IMG/VR virus record: IMGVR_UViG_3300024255_000002 | Strand: one strand, 5' to 3' | DNA length: 64,000 bases | From: a virus | Made by a program: the position numbers and the translations under genes | The notes under the pieces: generated by a model | Told to the model about the DNA's origin: nothing | The model's database searches: none | The model's input: only the letters and a program-made list of their open reading frames with translations | In this document: positions 48,267 through 57,397 of the stretch, one piece after another | Position numbering within the stretch: the stretch's first letter is position 1 | Layout: every line of letters begins with the position of its first letter

Positions 48267-48418
48267 TGGCACGAAGAACATTTTGGAGAAAACTCATCGT
48301 AAGATGTAGAATGTTTTGGGCTGACGTGAGAGGTCATCATGGTAAAGTTTGGGATTATGAACCAGGCGATTACTATATGGGTTCACATAAAGGACATAAA
48401 AAACACGAAAAACATTAA
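48266..48418 (+). CDS. small basic/His-rich hypothetical protein (50 aa, absent from ORF track)
   Basis: TAATG overlap with previous ORF; MARRTFWRKLIVRCRMFWADVRGHHGKVWDYEPGDYYMGSHKGHKKHEKH*; ends 2 nt before gp62. Confidence 0.6.
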   Translation: MARRTFWRKLIVRCRMFWADVRGHHGKVWDYEPGDYYMGSHKGHKKHEKH

Positions 48419-48420
48419 TA

Positions 48421-48819
48421 ATGATTGAATATAAACTAGGTGATTACTTAAATGCCATCAATTGGTCTAAGATAAACTTACTTGATGGTGATGATATAAC
48501 ATGGGAAAAGAAGTTTGCCCCATTTATTATTAATCGTTGCTTATCGCAACACGTTGATACAATAATGATGGCAAATGAAATGAATCAAAGACACGGCCTT
48601 TCTAAAAGGTCACAGTTTCATTTTTTACTAAATAGTATTCGTAAGAGAAAAAGATTTGGTGGTAAATGGATATCTACCTCTAAATCTAAAAACTTAGAGT
48701 ATGTAAAAGAATATTATGGTTATAGTAACATCAAAGCTAAACAGGCCTTAGACATACTTGATAATAAACAATTGAAACTTATCAAAGAAAAACTTGATAA
48801 GGGTGGGAGAAGAAAATGA
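48421..48819 (+). CDS. gp62: clamp loader small subunit gp62
   Basis: 'PFIINRCLS...DT...ANEMN', 'YYGYS..KA..AL.IL'. Confidence 0.9.
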   Translation: MIEYKLGDYLNAINWSKINLLDGDDITWEKKFAPFIINRCLSQHVDTIMMANEMNQRHGLSKRSQFHFLLNSIRKRKRFGGKWISTSKSKNLEYVKEYYGYSNIKAKQALDILDNKQLKLIKEKLDKGGRRK

Positions 48820-49244
48820 GTGAAGGACTTAAATGGTCGCCTGACAGTATGTTAGAGGTTACCCTTAAACAACCCGATGATTTTCTAAAAGTAAGAGAGA
48901 CACTTTCCAGAATAGGTGTGGCAAGTCGTAAAGATAAAACTTTATTTCAAAGTTGTCATATACTACACAAACAAGGAAAGTATTACATAGTTCATTTCAA
49001 AGAATTATTTGCTTTAGACGGCAAACAAGCAACATTAGCTGAAAACGATATACAAAGAAGAAACACAATATCAATCTTATTACAAGATTGGAGTTTGATC
49101 TCTATCGTTAAACCTAATGAGGCAGAAAACAAAGCACCATTATCTCAAATAAAGATAATTGCTTTTAAAGAGAAGAGCGAATGGAACTTACAGGCGAAAT
49201 ATAACATCGGTAAGAAAATAAATAAAGACGAAACAACTGAATAA
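48816..49244 (+). CDS. regA: translational repressor RegA
   Basis: 'DDFLKVRETL.RIG', 'QSCHILHKQG.YYIVHFKELF.LDG'. Confidence 0.96.
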   Translation: MSEGLKWSPDSMLEVTLKQPDDFLKVRETLSRIGVASRKDKTLFQSCHILHKQGKYYIVHFKELFALDGKQATLAENDIQRRNTISILLQDWSLISIVKPNEAENKAPLSQIKIIAFKEKSEWNLQAKYNIGKKINKDETTE

Positions 49245-49252
49245 AGGATATT

Positions 49253-49546
49253 ATGATTAAATTATATAGACTCACAACAGGTGAGGACGTGATAGGAACA
49301 TTTGAAGAAGAAACAGATTTATTTGAACACATAAAGAAACCTTATGTATTGATTCCAATGCAAGGGCAACCAGGACAACCTATGCAAATAGGATTTCATC
49401 CTTATTTACCATATTCAAAAGATGAAATAGTGAAAATTAAAAAGGTAAATATTGTTTGTGATTCAACTCCAACAGAAAACATAGTTGAAGCATATCAAAA
49501 AAATACTGGTGCAATAGTAACACCTAAAAAATCAATTATTACATAG
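49253..49546 (+). CDS. hypothetical protein (Sm-like 'RLTTGEDVI' domain)
   Basis: Motif resembles that of 32743..33207. Confidence 0.65.
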   Translation: MIKLYRLTTGEDVIGTFEEETDLFEHIKKPYVLIPMQGQPGQPMQIGFHPYLPYSKDEIVKIKKVNIVCDSTPTENIVEAYQKNTGAIVTPKKSIIT

Positions 49547-49575
49547 TTGACTTTTTCACATTTTTGTGTTATAAT
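49547..49575 (+). promoter_or_regulatory. sigma70 promoter for gp43 (leaderless)
   Basis: TTGACT-17-TATAAT, then 5 nt to ATG 49581. Confidence 0.8.
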
Positions 49576-49580
49576 ATAGT

Positions 49581-52082
49581 ATGAATCTAGCGAGCCATTT
49601 CTATACAAGTGTTTTAGAGCATAAAGGTAAACTTCTTATAAGAGGTGTTGCCAACGGAGAGTCGTATCTAAGTAGGATCAATTATAGACCAACTTTGTTT
49701 ATGCCTAGTAAAACACAAACGGCATACAAGTCACTAGACAATATACAATTGGCACCTAAAAGATTTGATTCTATTTCAAAGGCAAAACATTTTTATGACG
49801 AGTATAAATCTATTCCAGAATATAAAATCTATGGAATGAATCGTTATCAATATCAATATATTGCTGACGAATATAAAGACGACATAAGATGGAACAAAGA
49901 TTATATTAAGATATTCACACTTGACATAGAAACCGAGTGTGAGAACGGCTTTCCCGATCCTGATACTGCAAAAGAAACTATTATTTGTATAACAGTTAAG
50001 AACCATAGTAACAAACAAATTCTTACATGGGGAACTGGTGACTTTATTGCTAAAAAAGCAAATGTAACTTATATCAAATGTCAAAATGAAAAACATCTTC
50101 TATTAGAGTTTCTAAAATTCTGGTGTAAAAATCATCCTGATATATTGACTGGTTGGAATGTTAGATTTTTTGACATGCCATATTTGATGAATAGAATGAG
50201 ATACCTTTTTGATAATGATACTATTAACAAAATGTCACCTTGGAATTATGTTAATGCTGATCGTGTTCAAATGGGTCAAAACAATAAACAGTATTGGAAT
50301 ATATTAGGTGTTTCTATATTAGATTACTTTGAACTGTATAGAAAATTTACCTATGTAAGGCAAGAGTCTTATAAACTAGATTACATTGGTAAAGTAGAAC
50401 TAGGCGAACAGAAATTAGAAAATCCTTACGATACATTTAAAGAGTTTTATACAAAAGATTATCAAAAGTTTGTAGAATATAATATCCAAGACGTTGAACT
50501 TGTTGATAAACTAGAAGATAAAATGCGTTTGATTGAGTTATGTTTAACTATGGCATACGATTACAAAGTAAACTATAACGATGTGTATTCGCAAGTAAGA
50601 TGTTGGGATACATTAATCTATAATCATCTAAGAAAAAAGAATATAGTAATACCACCAAGAGAAGACCATGAGAAGTCAACTCAATACGAAGGTGCGTATG
50701 TAAAAGACCCACAACCAGGATTGCATGAATGGATTTGTTCGTTTGATTTGAACTCACTATATCCACACTTGATTATGGAATATAATATAAGTCCTGAAAT
50801 GTTCGCTGGTGTAGAACCTAGATCAGTAGGTGTAGAAAACTTCTTAGCAGAAAAACTAAATCTTAATTTTGCAAAAGATAAGAATGTTACCATTGCACCA
50901 AACGGCGCCATGTTTAAAAAAGATAAACAAGGTTTCTTGCCTGAACTAATGGAAAAAATGTATACCGATCGTGTTGTTTATAAAAAGAAAATGATCGAAG
51001 CAAAAAAAGAATTTCAAAAGACAAAGGATCCTATCTATTCAAATGAGATTGCAAGATGTAATAATATTCAAATGGCAAAAAAGATTTCTCTAAACTCTGC
51101 TTATGGTGCCATTGGTAATCAATACTTTAGATACTTTGATGTTAAACAGGCAGAAGCAATCACACTTGGTGGTCAGTTGGCAATTCGTTGGGTAGAACGT
51201 GATGTAAATGCATTTATGAATAAGATATTACAAACAACCAATGTAAATTATGTTGTTGCGTCTGATACAGATTCTATCTACTTAAAACTAGATAAGTTAG
51301 TTGAAAAAGTTTGTAAAGATAAATCAATTGATCAAGTTGTAGATTTTATTAACAAGGCCGCTGAAGAAAAAATACAAAAAGTAATTGATAAGAGTTATGA
51401 AAAACTTGCCGAATATATTAATGCGTATGATCAAAAAATGATTATGAAACGAGAGGCAATTGCAAACAAAGGTATATGGGTTGCTAAAAAACGTTACATG
51501 ATGAACGTATTTGATGAAGAAGGTATTAGATTTGAATCACCTAAGTTAAAGATTATGGGTGTTGAGGCAGTTAAGTCATCAACTCCAGAGGTTTGCCGAG
51601 GTAAAATTAAAGACGCAATTAAAATTATTATGAACTCAACGCAAGATGATTTGATTAAGTTTGTTGCAGATTTCAAAAAAGATTTCTTTAAATTAAAACC
51701 TGAAGAAATTGCCTTTCCTAGATCGTGTAATAATATTGACAAGTATATAGATTCTTCAAATCTGTATATAAAAGGAACTCCAATACATGTAAAAGGTTCT
51801 TTAATATACAATCATTATCTAAGAACTCATAAATTAGAATCTAAATATCCATTAATTAAAGATGGTGAAAAAATAAAATTCTTAATGTTGAAGTTGCCTA
51901 ATCCTGTAAAAGATACTGTGATTGCATTTTCAACTAAAATACCAAAAGAGTTTAACCTACACAAGTATGTTGACTATGATGTTCAATTTGAAAAAACATT
52001 TTCTGATCCATTGAGGTTTATCTTAAATGCTATCAACTGGAAACTTGAAGAAGAAGCAACACTAGAGGCATTTTTCGAATGA
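49581..52082 (+). CDS. gp43: family B DNA polymerase gp43
   Basis: Exo DIET, FD.PY, YN..D; pol SFDLNSLYP, K..LNSAYG, SDTDS. Confidence 0.98.
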   Translation: MNLASHFYTSVLEHKGKLLIRGVANGESYLSRINYRPTLFMPSKTQTAYKSLDNIQLAPKRFDSISKAKHFYDEYKSIPEYKIYGMNRYQYQYIADEYKDDIRWNKDYIKIFTLDIETECENGFPDPDTAKETIICITVKNHSNKQILTWGTGDFIAKKANVTYIKCQNEKHLLLEFLKFWCKNHPDILTGWNVRFFDMPYLMNRMRYLFDNDTINKMSPWNYVNADRVQMGQNNKQYWNILGVSILDYFELYRKFTYVRQESYKLDYIGKVELGEQKLENPYDTFKEFYTKDYQKFVEYNIQDVELVDKLEDKMRLIELCLTMAYDYKVNYNDVYSQVRCWDTLIYNHLRKKNIVIPPREDHEKSTQYEGAYVKDPQPGLHEWICSFDLNSLYPHLIMEYNISPEMFAGVEPRSVGVENFLAEKLNLNFAKDKNVTIAPNGAMFKKDKQGFLPELMEKMYTDRVVYKKKMIEAKKEFQKTKDPIYSNEIARCNNIQMAKKISLNSAYGAIGNQYFRYFDVKQAEAITLGGQLAIRWVERDVNAFMNKILQTTNVNYVVASDTDSIYLKLDKLVEKVCKDKSIDQVVDFINKAAEEKIQKVIDKSYEKLAEYINAYDQKMIMKREAIANKGIWVAKKRYMMNVFDEEGIRFESPKLKIMGVEAVKSSTPEVCRGKIKDAIKIIMNSTQDDLIKFVADFKKDFFKLKPEEIAFPRSCNNIDKYIDSSNLYIKGTPIHVKGSLIYNHYLRTHKLESKYPLIKDGEKIKFLMLKLPNPVKDTVIAFSTKIPKEFNLHKYVDYDVQFEKTFSDPLRFILNAINWKLEEEATLEAFFE

Positions 52083-52231
52083 CAAATGCCATAATACTAT
52101 TAATGCTATTTTATATGAGTATCTGGTTATTTTTTCATTGGGGTGAAAGGCTTGCAATGACAAGAATAGATACTAAAGCATTTTTAATTATAATATTGAC
52201 AATATGGATATCGATAAAAAGTATAACGTAA
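52079..52231 (+). CDS. small two-TM membrane protein (50 aa, absent from ORF track)
   Basis: ATGA overlap with the gp43 stop; MTNAIILLMLFYMSIWLFFHWGERLAMTRIDTKAFLIIILTIWISIKSIT*. Confidence 0.5.
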   Translation: MTNAIILLMLFYMSIWLFFHWGERLAMTRIDTKAFLIIILTIWISIKSIT

Positions 52232-52746
52232 TATATGCCGACCCACCATGGTCGTTTAAAACTTATTCTGACAAGGGCAAAGATAGAAGTCCTGAAAATC
52301 ATTATAACGTTATGTCTTTACAGGACATAAAAGATTTGCCAGTAAATAAGATTGCAAATGATGATTCAGTTTTATTAATGTGGGTCATTGATCCTTTATT
52401 AGATAAAGCATTTGAAGTAATAAACGCATGGGGTTTTAAATATAAAACTGTTGCCTTTACATGGGCAAAGACAAATAAAACTAAACCAGGATTCTTTACA
52501 GGATTAGGATATTGGACTAGAGGTAATCCTGAAATGTGTTTACTTGCCACAAAAGGTAAACCTAAAAGACTAAGTAAGTCTGTGCCACAACTAGTTGTAG
52601 AACAACGGAGAGAACATAGCAGAAAACCAGATATAATGTACAACCATATAGAGAATTTACTAGAGGGACCTTATATTGAAATGTTTGCTAGAACACAAAA
52701 ACCTGGTTGGGATGCATGGGGTAATCAACTTGACAAATTTAAATAA
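52204..52746 (+). CDS. MT-A70 family adenine methyltransferase
   Basis: IYADPPW, 'HY..M', 'G.GYWTR.N.E..L', HSRKP, E.FAR, WGNQ. Confidence 0.9.
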   Translation: MDIDKKYNVIYADPPWSFKTYSDKGKDRSPENHYNVMSLQDIKDLPVNKIANDDSVLLMWVIDPLLDKAFEVINAWGFKYKTVAFTWAKTNKTKPGFFTGLGYWTRGNPEMCLLATKGKPKRLSKSVPQLVVEQRREHSRKPDIMYNHIENLLEGPYIEMFARTQKPGWDAWGNQLDKFK

Positions 52747-52757
52747 TGTGTTATAAT
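52730..52757 (+). promoter_or_regulatory. sigma70 promoter (leaderless) for the methyltransferase
   Basis: TTGACA-16-TATAAT; 22 bp (tgtgttataatatagtatgaat) identical to the gp43 start region. Confidence 0.7.
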
Positions 52758-52762
52758 ATAGT

Positions 52763-54028
52763 ATGAATTATCTGAAAAAATATGCAAATGAAAACAAGTT
52801 GCCTATAATGGATCAACAGACATTTGAGTCCATTACAAACGAAATAGGCAAAGAAAAATTTAGAGAAGACCTAGCAGAATATATTTCTGTTGTTAGGCCT
52901 GTATATCCTTTAAAACAAATCTCATATGATATAATGAGACAATCATTTAAGAGTTTACAAAAACAAGATGTTTGGGAATATATTAAACCATTAGAACAAT
53001 TAGAAAAAAGTGTTAAAGAAAAATATGATGATTTAAAATATAACTTCAAAGACCATGGTCTAGGTGTTATAGACGCACCATCTATTTACAATGACGTTTC
53101 AAATCATTTTCACCAAGAGTTGAGATTAAATTGCTCAAGTTATAGTTTCAAAGGACCTTTAGATGTATGGTATAAAGGAACTGCAAAAGATATATGGCGA
53201 TGTTTAGGACCTATATGGCGTGGTATCAATAATATGAAACCTGCTATGATAGATGGCAAACAAGAACTAAGAGGTGGTAACTTATCAGAATCAAGTTACA
53301 TGAGTGCATTTAGATTAGGAACTTATATTGCAACACAATTTAAACCTAATGTTGCAAAAGCAATATATCAAATGACAGACGCAAAAAGAGTATTAGATAC
53401 TTCATGTGGTTGGGGTGATAGACTTGCTGGTTTCTTTACTAGTGACGCTGAAGAATATATCGGTTGCGATCCTAATCCTAACACTTACAAACTATACATG
53501 AAACAGATAGAAGTTTACAATAGTTTTTTACCAGAAGAAAAACAGAAAAAAGTTACTATCTATAATTGTGGTGCTGAAGATTTGCCATGGGATGAAATAA
53601 AAGATATTGATTGTGCCTTTACAAGTCCACCTTATTTCTCAACTGAAAGATATAATGAAGGTGGTGAAAAAGAAGAAAATCAATCATGGTTTAAATTTGA
53701 TGAATATGCTAAATGGCGTGATGACTTTTATTTACCAGTTGCACAAAAAAGTTTTGAGAGATCAAAACATATGTTTGTAAACATTATGGATCCAACAATT
53801 AAAGGTAAGAGATATTTTAGTTGTGATGAATTAGTTGATAGTTTAAAAGATAACTTTGTAGGACAAATCGGTATGAGAATAATGCAAAGACCTAAGTCAG
53901 ATAAACTATTTGAAAGTGAAGAAGCAAAAGCAGAATTTATGAATCGTATTTTTATTGAAAACGTTTGGTGTTTTTCAAAAGAAAAATTAGATTACTTTAG
54001 ACACAGTAGAAAAGCAACCTTGTTTTAA
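52763..54028 (+). CDS. amino DNA methyltransferase, same family as 38362..39447
   Basis: 'QFKP..AK.IY', 'VLDTSCGWGDRL.G', 'FTSPPY'. Confidence 0.8.
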   Translation: MNYLKKYANENKLPIMDQQTFESITNEIGKEKFREDLAEYISVVRPVYPLKQISYDIMRQSFKSLQKQDVWEYIKPLEQLEKSVKEKYDDLKYNFKDHGLGVIDAPSIYNDVSNHFHQELRLNCSSYSFKGPLDVWYKGTAKDIWRCLGPIWRGINNMKPAMIDGKQELRGGNLSESSYMSAFRLGTYIATQFKPNVAKAIYQMTDAKRVLDTSCGWGDRLAGFFTSDAEEYIGCDPNPNTYKLYMKQIEVYNSFLPEEKQKKVTIYNCGAEDLPWDEIKDIDCAFTSPPYFSTERYNEGGEKEENQSWFKFDEYAKWRDDFYLPVAQKSFERSKHMFVNIMDPTIKGKRYFSCDELVDSLKDNFVGQIGMRIMQRPKSDKLFESEEAKAEFMNRIFIENVWCFSKEKLDYFRHSRKATLF

Positions 54029-54033
54029 TAAAT

Positions 54034-54366
54034 ATGACCATGTCAATAACAAAAATAGATTACGAAGATAAAAAAGAATATTGGGATTACCAAAGACTTT
54101 TAGAATATAATAGAGAACTATTACAAAAAAGATTAAATAGAGTTGATGGTAAAATATTTGGTCCTTTAGGTAGAGTTGACGCAGATGAATTTTTTGATAG
54201 TATATGGGCAACTGTTTCAAATGATGATTTAGAAGAAGCACCTGAAGAATGGATACCAAGTGATCCTAAATTGAGATTTGAATGGGAAAAAGCACCTAAA
54301 AAGATTAAAAAAAAAATAGTGAAGTCAGGTAAAAGCGTTTCAGGAAACGTATTTAAAGAGTATTGA
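54034..54366 (+). CDS. hypothetical protein (start possibly 54040)
   Basis: ORF; AATAAATA lies 5 nt before the second ATG (54040). Confidence 0.6.
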   Translation: MTMSITKIDYEDKKEYWDYQRLLEYNRELLQKRLNRVDGKIFGPLGRVDADEFFDSIWATVSNDDLEEAPEEWIPSDPKLRFEWEKAPKKIKKKIVKSGKSVSGNVFKEY

Positions 54367-54391
54367 CAAAATAAAGAAAATGTGTTATACT
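54363..54391 (+). promoter_or_regulatory. sigma70 promoter for uvsX
   Basis: TTGACA-17-TATACT with extended TG. Confidence 0.75.
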
Positions 54392-54427
54392 AGAAGTATA
54401 AAATGTTTGTTATAAAAGGAGAACAAG

Positions 54428-55447
54428 ATGAGTGATTTTTTAAAAGATATAATAAAAGAAACAGGTAATGAATACGCTACACTGATTAGTGAGGGTATTG
54501 AAGCAGGTGATGTAGATAGTTTTATTGATACAGGTTCTCACGCCTTAAATGCTTTATTATCAGGTTCTATATATGGTGGTATGCCATCAAACAAAATAAC
54601 AGCGATTGCTGGTGAAGCTGCAACAGGTAAAACTTTCTTTGCATTAGGAATTGTAAAAGCATTTTTAGATAAAAATAAAGAGGCAGGTGTAATTTACTTT
54701 GAATCAGAAAGTGCATTAACAAAAGATTTAGTTGAGGCAAGAGGTATCGATAGTAAAAGAATGGTAGTTGTGCCAGTTGCAACAGTACAAGAATTTAGAC
54801 ATCAATCAATAAAGGTTGTTGACAAATATTTAGAACAGGATGCTTCTAAAAGAAAACCTTTAATGTTTGTATTAGATAGTTTAGGTATGCTATCTACAAC
54901 AAAAGAAATGGAAGACACAGCAGAGGGTAAAGAAACTAGAGACATGACAAGATCACAAATTGTCAAGGCCGCATTTAGAGTATTAACATTGAAACTAGGT
55001 AAAGCAAAAGTTCCTATGATTATGACAAACCATACTTATGATGTTATTGGTTCAATGTTTCCACAAAAAGAAATGGGTGGTGGTTCTGGTTTAAAGTATG
55101 CTGCTTCTAATATTGTTTATCTTTCAAAACGTAAAGAAAAAGATGGCAAAGAAGTTGTGGGTAATATTATTCACTGTAAGAATTACAAGTCAAGGTTAAC
55201 AAAAGAAAATGCTTTAATAGATGTTAGATTAACATATAAAGATGGCCTTGATAAGTATTATGGGTTGCTTGATCTTGCATTGAAACATGAAATATTTAAA
55301 TCTGTTTCAACAAGAATTGAGTTACCAGATGGTACAAAACAATATGCTAAGACAATTAATAACGAACCCGAAAAGTTTTTTACTAAAGACATTCTTAAGC
55401 AGATTGATGAAGTAGCTAAAAAAGAGTTTCTATATGGACAAGACTAA
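54428..55447 (+). CDS. uvsX: RecA-like recombinase UvsX
   Basis: GEAATGKT, 'DSLG.L', 'MGGG.G..Y.AS'. Confidence 0.95.
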   Translation: MSDFLKDIIKETGNEYATLISEGIEAGDVDSFIDTGSHALNALLSGSIYGGMPSNKITAIAGEAATGKTFFALGIVKAFLDKNKEAGVIYFESESALTKDLVEARGIDSKRMVVVPVATVQEFRHQSIKVVDKYLEQDASKRKPLMFVLDSLGMLSTTKEMEDTAEGKETRDMTRSQIVKAAFRVLTLKLGKAKVPMIMTNHTYDVIGSMFPQKEMGGGSGLKYAASNIVYLSKRKEKDGKEVVGNIIHCKNYKSRLTKENALIDVRLTYKDGLDKYYGLLDLALKHEIFKSVSTRIELPDGTKQYAKTINNEPEKFFTKDILKQIDEVAKKEFLYGQD

Positions 55448-55727
55448 GAAAAAATATCATTATGCTCAACGTGACGTTGACGATTATTCGTGTATCAAAA
55501 TCAGCGAAGGAAAATATGAAGGTGTTATTTACACTTATGGTAAGGTTATGTTTGCTTCTGAAGCAAATCAACAAGACAAGTTACCATTAAAGTTTGAATA
55601 TACTGTTAAGAAAAATCCTAAAGGTGTTGATACCGAATCTGAGGAATTTAGAACGTTGATCGGTGATATATTAGTCGATGAAATAGAGGGACAATTAAAA
55701 GATGGAAAGCTACAACTCAACAAGTAA
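55434..55727 (+). CDS. hypothetical protein at the T4 gp40 position
   Basis: Between uvsX and gp41, overlapping both. Confidence 0.55.
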   Translation: MDKTKKKYHYAQRDVDDYSCIKISEGKYEGVIYTYGKVMFASEANQQDKLPLKFEYTVKKNPKGVDTESEEFRTLIGDILVDEIEGQLKDGKLQLNK

Positions 55728-57108
55728 ATTTGAACAAACAATTTTAACCAATCTTATTCATAACGAAGAATTTGCCAGAAAGGCAGTTCCTTTTTTAAAA
55801 GATGAATACTTTAAAGATAGTGTTGAGATTACGTTATTCAATATTATAAATAACTTTATAGGAAAATATAATAATCTTCCTACTAAAGAGGCGATCGGTA
55901 TTGAATTATCAAATTTAAAAACAATTACCGAAGAAGAACATAATCAAGCAAAATCATTATTAAACACTTTGAATTATGAAGAAGTGGATCCAAATTGGCT
56001 GATCGATACAACTGAAAAGTTTTGTAAAGATCGTGCTGTATATAATGCTGTATTATCAGGTATAAGGATTATAGATGGTAAAGATAAAAAACACACTCCC
56101 GAGGCGATACCGAGCATCCTTAGTGAGGCTCTTGCTGTTTCTTTTGATCAGCATATTGGCCATGATTATCTAAAACAACCAGATGTTAGATTTGATTATT
56201 ATCACAAAGTTGAACAACGTCTAAGATTTGATTTAAACTATTTCAATCGTATTACAAAAGGTGGATTACCACCTAAGACACTTAATGTTGCTCTTGCAGG
56301 AACAGGTGTTGGTAAGTCGTTGTTTATGTGTCATGTTGCTTCTTCAATGTTAGCACAAGGCAGAAACGTCTTATATATCACTTTAGAAATGGCAGAGGAG
56401 AGAATAGCCGAGAGGATTGATGCTAATCTATTAGATGTGACTATTGATGATCTATATCAAATGCCAAGAGACCTATATGACAATAAGATCAACAAAATGC
56501 AATCTAAGATAAATGGTCAATTAATCATCAAAGAATATCCAACTGCGTCTGCTCATAGTGGTCACTTTAAATCATTATTTGATGAACTGTCTTTAAAGAA
56601 ATCTTTTAAACCAGATATTGTATTCATAGATTATTTGAATATATGTACAAGTGCAAGATTTAAAGGTGGTAATATTAATTCATATACAATGATTAAATCT
56701 ATTGCTGAAGAACTTAGAGGACTTGCTGTTCAATACAATGTTCCTATTGTGTCTGCTACACAAACAACTAGAACTGGTTTTATGTCAAGTGATGTAGGAC
56801 TAGAAGATACATCAGAAAGTTTTGGTCTACCTGCAACTGCTGACTTTATGTTTGCCTTAATCTCAAATGAAGAACTTGAAGAACTAGGACAAATGAAAGT
56901 TAAACAATTAAAAAATCGTTACAATGATCCTGGTATTAATCGTGCCTTTATCATTGGTGTTGATAGATCAAAAATGAGATTGTATGATGTAGAAAACAAT
57001 GCTCAACAAATAGTAGATAGTAACCAAGAGTCACAGGAGAAGATAGATACACCATCTGGTCCTCAACCTGTTGACCCTTACGATAAATTTTCAGGATTTA
57101 AAGTATGA
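55702..57108 (+). CDS. gp41: replicative DnaB-like helicase gp41
   Basis: AGTGVGKS, 'TLEMAEE.I..RIDAN', IDYL, 'SESFGLP.TAD', 'KNRY'. Confidence 0.96.
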   Translation: MESYNSTSKFEQTILTNLIHNEEFARKAVPFLKDEYFKDSVEITLFNIINNFIGKYNNLPTKEAIGIELSNLKTITEEEHNQAKSLLNTLNYEEVDPNWLIDTTEKFCKDRAVYNAVLSGIRIIDGKDKKHTPEAIPSILSEALAVSFDQHIGHDYLKQPDVRFDYYHKVEQRLRFDLNYFNRITKGGLPPKTLNVALAGTGVGKSLFMCHVASSMLAQGRNVLYITLEMAEERIAERIDANLLDVTIDDLYQMPRDLYDNKINKMQSKINGQLIIKEYPTASAHSGHFKSLFDELSLKKSFKPDIVFIDYLNICTSARFKGGNINSYTMIKSIAEELRGLAVQYNVPIVSATQTTRTGFMSSDVGLEDTSESFGLPATADFMFALISNEELEELGQMKVKQLKNRYNDPGINRAFIIGVDRSKMRLYDVENNAQQIVDSNQESQEKIDTPSGPQPVDPYDKFSGFKV

Positions 57109-57389
57109 TAAAAAAGAAACCATCAATATATTATAAGGCACAAATGGTAAAATTAAAAGGTAAGATTATCTGGCGTGCCGTAGAAATGCCTAGTAAACTT
57201 GTTTTCAAAGAGTCTTTTTTTGAAGAAGATATAAAAGAGATTGTCAAATTTCAAAATCAAAATAAGACATTTGGAGCATTTGGGCTTCCACCATTTTTTG
57301 ATCTAAGAAATAGTAATGAAAAACTATCAGATAATGGTAAAAGCAAATACAACTCCCCACCAAGAACTAGAGGTAGAAGTCGTGCATAA
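57105..57389 (+). CDS. basic hypothetical protein
   Basis: ATGA overlap with the gp41 stop. Confidence 0.6.
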   Translation: MIKKKPSIYYKAQMVKLKGKIIWRAVEMPSKLVFKESFFEEDIKEIVKFQNQNKTFGAFGLPPFFDLRNSNEKLSDNGKSKYNSPPRTRGRSRA

Positions 57390-57397
57390 ATATATGC

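Noticed and set aside
18802-57108. Introns or inteins in gp17, gp20, gp23, gp43, uvsX, gp41
   Set aside because: The ORFs are continuous and of ordinary length, with no splicing or homing-endonuclease motifs seen.
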